Shown in pieces: positions 50,506 through 59,603 of a DNA stretch of 64,000 nucleotides. The stretch comes from Candidatus Magasanikbacteria bacterium UBA922 (GTDB taxonomy: Bacteria > Patescibacteriota > Patescibacteriia > Magasanikbacterales > UBA922): the NCBI GenBank assembly GCA_002293825.1, contig DBDW01000002.1:18059-82058 (forward strand), in the 5' to 3' direction. Under the pieces are notes generated by a model. It was given only the letters and a program-made list of their open reading frames with translations. It was not told the DNA's origin and ran no database searches. How positions within the stretch are numbered: position 1 is the first letter of the stretch; each line of letters starts with the position of its first letter. The position numbers and the translations under genes are program-made.

Positions 50506-52635
50506 ATGATAGCCAATATAAGCCAAAAATTCAATCTCCAGACTACCACACTCCTCGTATCCCTATGCACCATACTGCTCGAAGTATTTTTTTTCAACAT
50601 TCCCGTGCTCTCGACACCTGCAGTACTGTTGTACATTCTACTCATCGGAAAATCTATCGGAGAACGCTTTTTTGACACATCTGGACTCCAGTGGTGGGGC
50701 GGAATCGCACTCCTACTCTCTTCGGTTTCACTCATCGGAGTCATTATCTACTACCCCTACAAACTCACCCCTGAATTTTCAGTAATAACCATTGCGGCAC
50801 CACTTCTATATTTATTAAAAAAGAAAAAGAAAACAAAAATTGAGGAAAAGCCTATAGAAACATCACTCAATACACCTACAAAATTGGGCATGATAATTTT
50901 TTTAACACTTGAAATCATACTCGTGTGTACAATTATCAGTGCACGCTCGGGAGAACTGATGCGCTCACCATGGATCGCATTCGACGCATGGTTTTTTATC
51001 CTCTTTGCACTCGCCTCAAGTGTATTATTTTTTTTAATGACCCAAAAAACGAATACAAAATTCTTGATTATTAGTGCAATTTTACATCATTTCATTTTTT
51101 ACAGTATTGCAGCTATTGTCTACAAAATAGGTTTCGGATTCGATGGATTCATACACCGCGCAACCGAATCATGGATTTTAGAACATGGATTTATCACACC
51201 CAAAGAGCCATTTTATATTGGCCAATACGGATTAGTTGTAACATTTTCACGAATCACCGGCATTGCAATCGCATATATCGACATATTCCTAATTCCTGCA
51301 CTAGCAGCACTCTCAATTCCCACACTCATCCATCATGTTTTTAAAAACACCTGGAACACTACCACGAAAAACCTCGGATTAGTCCTCTCATTTGTAATTC
51401 CTTTTATATTTTTCTTTTCATTTAATCTCACTACCCCACACAATCTCACTCTTCTACTCCTCATACTAGGGATGATAAGTGTGGTGGGATATACAAGAAA
51501 AAAAATCCCCTACATTCTTCCCGCACTTATCGGACTCACCGCTCTCGGAACACACCCACTCTTAGGGGTTCCCACAATCATCATCGTACTAGTCGCAGGA
51601 ATAGTAGAAAAAACGTTGAAAAAAAATGTAAAAATTCTGACATACACAATGATGTTTGTAGCACTTTCGGTATTACCACTACTCATGTTCATGATGCAAC
51701 AATGGTTCAATGGACACGGACTCCCTACACTAGTAAATCCATTTTCAAATAGCGCACTATTTCTTGATTTTTTCAAACGTCCATTTTGGTACAAAGCAGA
51801 CGCTGTGTGGTACTTCGAAATTATATATGCATGGCAATATATGATTACCCCCATACTTCTCATCTGCGCAGGAATCGGCTTCTGGCTTCAAAAAAAGACC
51901 ACTATTGCATGGGTCTCTCTCATCTCAAGCGTGGGATTATGTATCGGTGCTTTTTTACTTCGTACACTAATCACCTTCCCCAACGTAGCATCATCAGAAC
52001 AAGGAAATTATCCATTACGACTATTGATCGGATCTGTGGCCACACTATTACCACTCGTGCTATATGGCATATATCATACAGGTAAAGCAAAAACATATTT
52101 CATACAGACAAAATTACGCATACCCACGACCATCTATTATGCCGCGGGATCACTCATCATTGGAGCACTGCTTATGTTATCATTGTACTTTTCATACCCA
52201 CAATACAATGAAAAAGTATTTTTTCCTGGGTTGAATGTAAGTGAATATGATCAAAAAGTAGTACGCTGGATCCACGAACAAAACGAGACTTATGACTATG
52301 TTGTACTCTCAACCATTCTCACGGCAGTAGCTGCATTGACAGAACATCCATTTGCATCATATATCGACACCGTGTACGGACCTCAATTTTATTATTCAAT
52401 CCCCTCGGGTGGACCATTATACCTCGCCTACGAAGAAATGGTATATCAAGGACAAAAACGAGAAACAATTGATCGTATATTTGAATTAACTAATGTGAAT
52501 ACTATCTATCTGGTGGTACCATGGTACTGGGCACGAATTGATGAAATTGTAGAAGGCGCAAAAAAAAGTGCCGATTCATGGCACTCAATTGATCATAAAA
52601 TGTGGATTTTTAAATACCTCAAACACGATAATTAG
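50506..52635 (+). CDS. large polytopic membrane protein, possible GT-C-like transferase/polymerase
   Basis: About 709 aa with ≥14 hydrophobic helices and a C-terminal soluble domain. No WWDYG (STT3) motif. The ORF track starts at a GTG at 50383; the first ATG at 50506 is used here. Confidence 0.4.
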   Translation: MIANISQKFNLQTTTLLVSLCTILLEVFFFNIPVLSTPAVLLYILLIGKSIGERFFDTSGLQWWGGIALLLSSVSLIGVIIYYPYKLTPEFSVITIAAPLLYLLKKKKKTKIEEKPIETSLNTPTKLGMIIFLTLEIILVCTIISARSGELMRSPWIAFDAWFFILFALASSVLFFLMTQKTNTKFLIISAILHHFIFYSIAAIVYKIGFGFDGFIHRATESWILEHGFITPKEPFYIGQYGLVVTFSRITGIAIAYIDIFLIPALAALSIPTLIHHVFKNTWNTTTKNLGLVLSFVIPFIFFFSFNLTTPHNLTLLLLILGMISVVGYTRKKIPYILPALIGLTALGTHPLLGVPTIIIVLVAGIVEKTLKKNVKILTYTMMFVALSVLPLLMFMMQQWFNGHGLPTLVNPFSNSALFLDFFKRPFWYKADAVWYFEIIYAWQYMITPILLICAGIGFWLQKKTTIAWVSLISSVGLCIGAFLLRTLITFPNVASSEQGNYPLRLLIGSVATLLPLVLYGIYHTGKAKTYFIQTKLRIPTTIYYAAGSLIIGALLMLSLYFSYPQYNEKVFFPGLNVSEYDQKVVRWIHEQNETYDYVVLSTILTAVAALTEHPFASYIDTVYGPQFYYSIPSGGPLYLAYEEMVYQGQKRETIDRIFELTNVNTIYLVVPWYWARIDEIVEGAKKSADSWHSIDHKMWIFKYLKHDN

Positions 52636-53800
52636 CCTCAAGTGTACGAATGTATTCCTCGTTATTATTCTCAGGCACCACACTATACGTTCTCATATGT
52701 TCGAGCGTTTCCTGATGAGCAATACACCATTGAATTCGTTCAATCAGCTGTGCCACATTCCCTGCTTCAAACGTAATACCATTTTTTCCTTCTTCAATCA
52801 ACTCAGCAATCCCTTCGATACTACTCGCAAGCACTGGAACATGGAATGAAAAACTTTCAAAAATTACGGTCGGTGAGTTTTCGTAACACAAAGAAGGCAC
52901 AATCGTAATATCCGCCATAGTATACAATTCTCGCAACCGTTCTTTTTCTACACGACCATATACATGGATACGATCACAGTGTCTGGCACGGGCAGTAATC
53001 GAATCTAATAAGGACCCACTTCCTGCAATGTGTAACTCAAAATCAGACGAAGCAATACGATCAATAGCATCAAAAAGAATTGAAATTCCTTTGTGATACT
53101 CAATCTGTCCTACATATAATAATTGTAACACATTCTTCTTATTCTTTTTGTGTATACGTTCATTCAAAAAAGTTAATGGATTTCGTAGAACAGTAGTGTG
53201 TGAGGATTTGAAAAAACCACGAGAAGAATAAAAATTAAGTAAAAATTGCGAAGGTGAAATAATCACATCTGGAGAACCAAACAAACTTCTCGTGATCAAG
53301 CTATATAATGCAGTATGAGGACCATGATAACGAAAACTTTTTTCTTTGGTCTTGAGTATCATTGCGCTCGGTTCTACCAACTGCACATCATGAATTGTGT
53401 GCACATGTTGTACATTTCGAGCACGAATTCTCTTAGGAATAAGAAAAGAAAGTCCAATCAAATTATGCGTATGCACCACATCAGGCCGTTCTTGAGCTAT
53501 AATAGCATCCACACGATCAGCCACGTATGAATTCCAAATATTTTCAATATGCCATCTAATCCGTGAAAGCGCACCATGGGTATGCGCATCAGTATAAAAA
53601 TAAGAATTTTTTGGATTGATACGATACATACGCACGCCATCTTCTTCGACCATCTCATCATCGTGTGGGGTGGAAGTAATCACAATAACAGAATGTCCCC
53701 GCTCTCGAAGACTTCTGACTGTCTGGACCACCACCTGTTCAGCACCACCCCGATGATAGGGGGGATAGATATTATTAATAATACAAATTTTCATACTCAT
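52619..53800 (-). CDS. glycosyltransferase family 4 (GT-B)
   Basis: GT4 C-terminal EX7E region …VLASSIEGIAELIEEGKNGITFEAGN… N-terminal ICIINNIYPPYHRGGAEQVV. Confidence 0.8.
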   Translation of the reverse strand: MSMKICIINNIYPPYHRGGAEQVVVQTVRSLRERGHSVIVITSTPHDDEMVEEDGVRMYRINPKNSYFYTDAHTHGALSRIRWHIENIWNSYVADRVDAIIAQERPDVVHTHNLIGLSFLIPKRIRARNVQHVHTIHDVQLVEPSAMILKTKEKSFRYHGPHTALYSLITRSLFGSPDVIISPSQFLLNFYSSRGFFKSSHTTVLRNPLTFLNERIHKKNKKNVLQLLYVGQIEYHKGISILFDAIDRIASSDFELHIAGSGSLLDSITARARHCDRIHVYGRVEKERLRELYTMADITIVPSLCYENSPTVIFESFSFHVPVLASSIEGIAELIEEGKNGITFEAGNVAQLIERIQWCIAHQETLEHMRTYSVVPENNNEEYIRTLEANYRV

Positions 53801-54750
53801 TCTTTTGATCTATTCGCCGTAATTATCCAATGCCAACACAGATGTTTACACCCAGGAATCGAAAATAAAAATTCATCCAACCGTACAATATTTTTTTCAA
53901 GACCTTTAGGAAGTGAAATTCTCTTTTTCATTTTAAATGCTCGGTACAAAAATTCAAGAATATAGTGCATGAACCCAGCAATAAGCCACATAGGCCGAAT
54001 TGTATACCCGCTCCACTGTGGATTCTGCAATAATCGTCGAAGTTTGTTATAAGTAAAACCTTCCATCAATGCATCTGCTTTTGATCCTTCATGAGGATTC
54101 ATGTGCGTCATACGGCACAATAATCCGCGTAGATATTTGATAGGTCTAAAATACGTCGTATTAGGCTCAATACCCATGACCAAAAGTCCGCCTGGCTTGA
54201 GCACACGCGCAAATTCAGCAAGCGCTACCTCCGGATGTTCGAAATGGTGAAATGTGGCAACCATATATACAATATCAAAACTCGCTTTCTCAAATGGAAT
54301 ATGTTCCCCATCAACGGCAACAAATGCTTCAGGAGTTTGCGATAGATTACCACGGAGACGTTTAAGCGTGTCAGGTGAAATATCTGTTTCTACAACCTGA
54401 TGATGACGCAAAACGTGCTCAGCCTCAGTACCCGAACTCCCTGCACCTACTTCAAGCGCGCGTCCGCGCGGATGTTTTCTAATCGAATCATGAATACTGT
54501 CATGATAAAACTTATTTCGATACGTGGTTAATTGATGGACATCTGCCGCATTTTCATCGAATTCATCATGATAATGGGCTTCTTCTTGTGCGAGTTCACC
54601 CATGGTTTTTGGCCACGCAACTATAATTCCATCCTGTACCGCGTAACCATGCTTACACGAAATACAGACATAAGACATAATAGGCTCTGTCACCAATCTC
54701 ATCGAATTACCACACTCAACACAAGACAGTTGAATAATTGATTGATGCAT
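53797..54750 (-). CDS. class I SAM-dependent methyltransferase with N-terminal zinc ribbon
   Basis: Two CxxC pairs (CVECGN…CISCKH), then RALEVGAGSSG (motif I) and LKPGGLLVM. Confidence 0.7.
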   Translation of the reverse strand: MHQSIIQLSCVECGNSMRLVTEPIMSYVCISCKHGYAVQDGIIVAWPKTMGELAQEEAHYHDEFDENAADVHQLTTYRNKFYHDSIHDSIRKHPRGRALEVGAGSSGTEAEHVLRHHQVVETDISPDTLKRLRGNLSQTPEAFVAVDGEHIPFEKASFDIVYMVATFHHFEHPEVALAEFARVLKPGGLLVMGIEPNTTYFRPIKYLRGLLCRMTHMNPHEGSKADALMEGFTYNKLRRLLQNPQWSGYTIRPMWLIAGFMHYILEFLYRAFKMKKRISLPKGLEKNIVRLDEFLFSIPGCKHLCWHWIITANRSKE

Positions 54751-54930
54751 ATAGTCAAAATCAATAACTTTTACAGCTCTAAAAAATAGCTTTTAATTAC
54801 CGACCATTACGGAAGTATGCTAACTCTAGCATATTTTTTTCAAACTTTCCACCTATACACATGTTCCACACAGAGTTATACCTATGTACCAATTGAAACT
54901 CTCGGCAGGCTGCGATATCATACAGGGGTT

Positions 54931-56331
54931 ATGACAGAAATTACCACTCTCGAAAAGATCCCTCCACAGAATCTTGAAGCCGAAAAATCTCTCATTGGCT
55001 CTATTTTGATTGACAAAGAATCAATGATAAAAATTGCCGACATGACGGATGTTGAGGATTTTTACAAGCCAGCTCACAGCATGATTTTTGAAGTCATGCA
55101 GGAATTATACAGCAAATCAGAACCTATCGATGTTTTGACCGTTTCAAACCGACTAGAAGAAAAAGGACAATTGGAACAAATAGGAGGACGAAGCTATCTC
55201 GTAGAATTATCGAATAGTGTTCCTACCGCCTCACACATCGAACAATATGCCAAAATTATTAGACGTAAAGCCACGTTGAGAAAATTACTTCAATCAGCAC
55301 ATGAAATTTCAAAACTTGGATACAAAGAGGACGCTGAAGACGTAGACAGTCTTCTCGACGAAGCACAGCAACATCTATTCTCAATCTCTCAAAAACATCT
55401 CAAACAGACTTTTTCTCCAATTAGAGGAATTTTGAATGAAGCATTCGAACGTATCGACGAGCTTCACCGTGAAAAAGGAAAATTGCGAGGAACACCAAGT
55501 GGATTTACCCAGCTCGACGGACTTCTTGCAGGATTTCAAAAATCAGACCTTATTATTCTCGCTGCACGTCCATCGGTAGGAAAAACATCCTTTGCTCTCG
55601 ATCTCGCACGTCACGCAGCAGTAAAAGGAAAAGTGCCTGTAGGTATTTTTTCACTTGAAATGAGTAAAGAACAATTGGTAGACCGTCTGCTTTGTGCCGA
55701 AGCAGGAATCGACCTCTGGAAAATGCGTACAGGAAACCTCTCAGACAGACCAGATTCAGATGACTTCCCTCGTATTGGACACGCTATGGGTGTGCTTGCT
55801 GAAGCTCCAATTTTTATCGACGACACACCTGGAAATAACGTCATGCATATTAGAACCAAAGCAAGACGGCTCCAAGCTGAGCATGGACTCGGACTCATTA
55901 TTATCGACTACTTACAGCTCATGGAATCGCACAGCAACAAATTTAGCGATAACCGTGTACAAGAAGTTTCGGTAATTTCCCGTAACCTCAAAGGTATTGC
56001 ACGTGAACTAAACGTACCCGTCATCGCACTATCACAGCTCTCTCGTGCGGTAGAACAAACCAAACCTGCAATTCCAAAACTTGCACACCTTCGTGAATCT
56101 GGTAGTATTGAGCAGGATGCAGACGTGGTCATGTTTATTTACCGCAAATCTGCAGATCGAAATTATCGCCTCGAAGACATACCACCAGATGAGCGTCATA
56201 TCGGAGAAATTCACGTAGCAAAACACAGAAACGGACCTACCGGAGTCGTCAAAGTATTCTTCGACGAAGCTCGTGCAAGCTACAAAAATCTTGATCTCCA
56301 GCACGGTGGTGGCACTTCGAGCATCGAGTAA
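54931..56331 (+). CDS. dnaB: replicative DNA helicase DnaB
   Basis: N-domain PQNLEAEKSLIGSIL. Walker A ILAARPSVGKTSFAL. Walker B LIIIDYLQLM. Arg finger SQLSRAVE. Start trimmed to MTEITTL. Confidence 0.9.
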   Translation: MTEITTLEKIPPQNLEAEKSLIGSILIDKESMIKIADMTDVEDFYKPAHSMIFEVMQELYSKSEPIDVLTVSNRLEEKGQLEQIGGRSYLVELSNSVPTASHIEQYAKIIRRKATLRKLLQSAHEISKLGYKEDAEDVDSLLDEAQQHLFSISQKHLKQTFSPIRGILNEAFERIDELHREKGKLRGTPSGFTQLDGLLAGFQKSDLIILAARPSVGKTSFALDLARHAAVKGKVPVGIFSLEMSKEQLVDRLLCAEAGIDLWKMRTGNLSDRPDSDDFPRIGHAMGVLAEAPIFIDDTPGNNVMHIRTKARRLQAEHGLGLIIIDYLQLMESHSNKFSDNRVQEVSVISRNLKGIARELNVPVIALSQLSRAVEQTKPAIPKLAHLRESGSIEQDADVVMFIYRKSADRNYRLEDIPPDERHIGEIHVAKHRNGPTGVVKVFFDEARASYKNLDLQHGGGTSSIE

Positions 56332-56553
56332 TCCTTCTGCTCCGTACATCACTTAAGTATTCGCTTCACGAATACAAACTTCAATCGAAATCTGATTTTT
56401 TATCGATGAACACGATACACGCTCCAACGATGTATCAAAAATAAAATCGATTAAAAATCGTTGTCAAAAAAATAAGTAAAAAACCAAGAAGGAAAAAGTT
56501 AAAAATCAACTTTTTTGACTTTTACCTTTTTACTTTTAACTTTACTAAAAAGT

Positions 56554-56856
56554 ATGTTCAATAAACTTAAACAGTTCAAAGACCTTCGCGACAAAGCAAA
56601 AGAATTGCAGGATGTGCTCGGCAAAGAATCAGTGACTACCACCGCAGCAGGAAACACAATATCCCTCACCATGAATGGGAACCTAGAAATCACAGACCTC
56701 ACCATTGATGATACATTGCTCACAGCAGACAAAAAAGCAAAACTTATCGATGGAGTCAAAGAAGCACACAAAGATGCACTCAAAAAAATGCAACGCACCA
56801 TGGCGCTAAAAATGCGTGACATGGGAGGATTACCAGATATTCCAGGACTAAGTTAG
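56554..56856 (+). CDS. ybaB: nucleoid-associated protein YbaB/EbfC
   Basis: MFNKLKQFKDLRDKAKELQDVL…TAAGNTISLTMNGNLEITDLTID is the YbaB fold signature. Followed by recR (the classic pairing). Confidence 0.8.
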   Translation: MFNKLKQFKDLRDKAKELQDVLGKESVTTTAAGNTISLTMNGNLEITDLTIDDTLLTADKKAKLIDGVKEAHKDALKKMQRTMALKMRDMGGLPDIPGLS

Positions 56857-56927
56857 TAATTAGACAGGCAGAAAAGCAAGCTTTGAGAACCACTTTGTTG
56901 GTTCTCAAACTATTGGTTCCAAGCTCT

Positions 56928-57530
56928 ATGTCCTACCCAAAACCCATACAAAACCTCATTCACGCTTTTGCCAGACTCCCAAGCGTCGGTCCACGAACCG
57001 CCGAACGTTTTGTATTTCATCTACTCAAATCAGGAAAAAAAGATGTAAGTGAACTCACTATTGCGCTCAAAGAGCTAATAGAAACCGTGAAAAGCTGTGA
57101 GATTTGCTGGGTATTTTCTGATATTAGCCCATGTAGCGTCTGTGCGTCTCCTCAGCGAGATCCCAAATCAGTCTGTGTCGTAGCAGAGCCACAAGACCGT
57201 GAGGCTATCGAAAAAACAAACACATATCGAGGTGCGTATCATATTATCCGAGGAGTGATACAAGCACATGATGAAAACTCACTCCGAGGTCTCAAAATTC
57301 CTGAATTACTCGCACGAGTACGAAAAGGTGGAATCGATGAAATTATTCTTGCGCTCAATCCAGACCTGCCCGGTGAGACAACCATGATGTATCTTGAAAA
57401 AAAGATAAAAGAAATTGCTCCACATATCAAAGTCTCACGTCTGGCACGTGGACTTCCCATGGGTAGCGATCTCCAGTATGCCGACGACATCACACTCGGG
57501 AGTGCGCTCAAAAACAGAACAACCTCATAA
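56928..57530 (+). CDS. recR: recombination protein RecR
   Basis: HhH (LPSVGPRTAERFVFHLL), a C4 zinc finger (CEICWVFSDISPCSVC) and a Toprim domain. Confidence 0.9.
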   Translation: MSYPKPIQNLIHAFARLPSVGPRTAERFVFHLLKSGKKDVSELTIALKELIETVKSCEICWVFSDISPCSVCASPQRDPKSVCVVAEPQDREAIEKTNTYRGAYHIIRGVIQAHDENSLRGLKIPELLARVRKGGIDEIILALNPDLPGETTMMYLEKKIKEIAPHIKVSRLARGLPMGSDLQYADDITLGSALKNRTTS

Positions 57531-57544
57531 ATACGACAACATAA

Positions 57545-57580
57545 ACAAAACATCCTCCGATTTGGAGGATGTTTATTTTA
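57545..57580. terminator. bidirectional intrinsic terminator between convergent recR and rplU
   Basis: aacatcctcc-gattt-ggaggatgtt, flanked by A- and T-rich runs. Confidence 0.6.
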
Positions 57581-57591
57581 ACAATAGAAAT

Positions 57592-57903
57592 TTACACCTT
57601 TGCAATTTTCACCTTGGTGAAAGCCTGCTTATGTCCAATAGTACGCTTATAACGAACTTTTCGTTTGTATTTCACAACACGAATTTTGTCATGACGACCC
57701 TGGCCTTCTACAGCAGCAGTGACGCTTACCCCACTCAAATATGGATTACCAAGTTTTACATTCTCGCCGTTTTCGTCAGCAGTAAGGAGTACTTTATCAA
57801 ACACCACTTCTTTGCCGGCTTCTACGTCGAGTTTTTCAACCTTGAGAACGTCTCCCGCTTTCACGAGGTACTGCTTTCCGCCGGTTTCAATAACTGCGAA
57901 CAT
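57592..57903 (-). CDS. rplU: 50S ribosomal protein L21
   Basis: MFAVIETGGKQYLVKAGDVLKVEKL… is the L21 signature. No rpmA follows it. Confidence 0.9.
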   Translation of the reverse strand: MFAVIETGGKQYLVKAGDVLKVEKLDVEAGKEVVFDKVLLTADENGENVKLGNPYLSGVSVTAAVEGQGRHDKIRVVKYKRKVRYKRTIGHKQAFTKVKIAKV

Positions 57904-58024
57904 ACACGTTTATTTAGCAAAATTTAATAAATGTTTTGGGAAACAGGAATACTATATATGAAATGCCATAAAATGTCAATATCAAAAATATGTATACCAC
58001 GCAGAATAAAAATAACAAGAAAAA

Positions 58025-58522
58025 TCAGGGTATTTGCGTGATTACAGTCCCAATACCAATTCCGAGCTCCCCTGCCCTTCCTGCAGGCAATTCTAGGACT
58101 GTATTAGCCTCTGCACGGGGCCGATAAACACGAAGTGCGGTATCAGGTACACCTGGCTCAAGCGGCACATACTCTGCTAAATCGACCACCACACCATCCC
58201 GAAGCCAGATAATATCAATTGAAAAGCGCATATCCCGCATAACAAATCCGTGACGTGCATAAGTCAAAAATGGAAATATCATACCATCATAAGGTGCAAT
58301 AGTATCACGATTACCCAGCCCTCGATATTGTTGCTGAATCGTCTTGGCAACCAAAACCTCAATCGTTTTACCCTCGACCTCAAGCGTTACCTTGGGCCAA
58401 TACACTTTATTCCATACAAACAGGCAAGCTGCAACACCAAGAAACACTACTACCCACCACATGCGTACACGCTTCGTATGTTCAGATTTCTTTTTTTCAA
58501 AATCCATAGAGGATAAATACAA
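58025..58522 (-). CDS. DUF192 (COG1430) domain protein with N-terminal TM anchor
   Basis: …TIQQQYRGLGNRDTIAPYDGMIFPF…HGFVMRDMRFSIDIIWL… is the DUF192 core. Confidence 0.6.
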   Translation of the reverse strand: MYLSSMDFEKKKSEHTKRVRMWWVVVFLGVAACLFVWNKVYWPKVTLEVEGKTIEVLVAKTIQQQYRGLGNRDTIAPYDGMIFPFLTYARHGFVMRDMRFSIDIIWLRDGVVVDLAEYVPLEPGVPDTALRVYRPRAEANTVLELPAGRAGELGIGIGTVITQIP

Positions 58523-58525
58523 CCA

Positions 58526-59596
58526 TCATGATGAAGTGTGATCTTTCTTTGAAAGCCACAATCCAATCAACAACATAAGTACAAAAATAAATAACAACGC
58601 AATAAGTTGATGCTCTGCCTGAATAAATAAAGCAGTCATGCCAAACAACAATGAAATTGCATATAGCAATAATACCGCCTGTCGATGACTCAGTCCAGAC
58701 TCAATCAATCGATAGTGCAAATGTTCACGATCACCAATATAAACCGGTCGTTTCTTGATCACACGCATCACCATAACACGCACTACATCAATCATGGGAA
58801 TACCTATTACCATAAACGTAATCGCTATTTTACTCTTCGAGATTATCGCGAGACTCCCCAAAATAAATCCAGTCATAAGACTTCCACCTTCTCCTAAAAA
58901 TATTTTTGCGGGATTAAAATTCCATACCAAAAACCCAAGCAATGTACCTGCAAATATCAATGAAAGGAGCGCAACATTCGGATCAGACCATTGTGGCTGA
59001 ATAGAAACTGCATAAATTACAAATGCGGCAATTGTGACAATCCCCGAAACCAATCCATCAAGTCCATCTAGAAATTTGGTAGTAAACATCATACCAAAAA
59101 GCCACAAAAAGACGAGTGCATCAGCAAAAAGTACGATGTGTATTGCCGGCTCAATCATAATGGTAATATGGGTCAAATCAACCACTCCTCCAAACGGACT
59201 ACTGAATACCCCCGGAGCATTACCCAACACAACCATAACAACACTCGCAAGAATAGGTGCAATGATCTGATATCTCGGACGAAGAGTAAATTTATCATCA
59301 AGAATACCCCCAATCATGAGAAATAGAGAGCCCAAGCTTAATCCCACTAACGTCATTGAATTAAACGTGGTTCGAAATTCTCCATGAGAAAGCCAGACAA
59401 TTCCCGCGATACCAAAAAATACAGTATATACCGCAAGTCCTCCGCCAAGCGGAGTAGATCGTGTATGAATCTTGCGAGAACGCGCACCTGGTGCCCGATC
59501 AATTACACCATATCGTCGCATCAATATAGCCACGAGCCCCGTCACAATCACCGAACACACGAAAGCAATGGTAAAATAAATTCCGTATTCCAACAT
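58526..59596 (-). CDS. WecA/TagO-like UDP-HexNAc:polyprenyl-phosphate HexNAc-1-phosphate transferase (GT4 MraY/WecA family paralogue)
   Basis: Motifs DGLDGLVSGI and VGIPMIDVVRVMVMR. 10-11 TM helices. Second member of this family in the window, after mraY. Confidence 0.7.
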   Translation of the reverse strand: MLEYGIYFTIAFVCSVIVTGLVAILMRRYGVIDRAPGARSRKIHTRSTPLGGGLAVYTVFFGIAGIVWLSHGEFRTTFNSMTLVGLSLGSLFLMIGGILDDKFTLRPRYQIIAPILASVVMVVLGNAPGVFSSPFGGVVDLTHITIMIEPAIHIVLFADALVFLWLFGMMFTTKFLDGLDGLVSGIVTIAAFVIYAVSIQPQWSDPNVALLSLIFAGTLLGFLVWNFNPAKIFLGEGGSLMTGFILGSLAIISKSKIAITFMVIGIPMIDVVRVMVMRVIKKRPVYIGDREHLHYRLIESGLSHRQAVLLLYAISLLFGMTALFIQAEHQLIALLFIFVLMLLIGLWLSKKDHTSS

Positions 59597-59603
59597 ACTA
59601 TAA

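Noticed and set aside
56032-56352. 106-aa minus-strand ORF at the 3' end of dnaB
   Set aside because: It is antisense to the conserved DnaB C-terminus and has no motifs.
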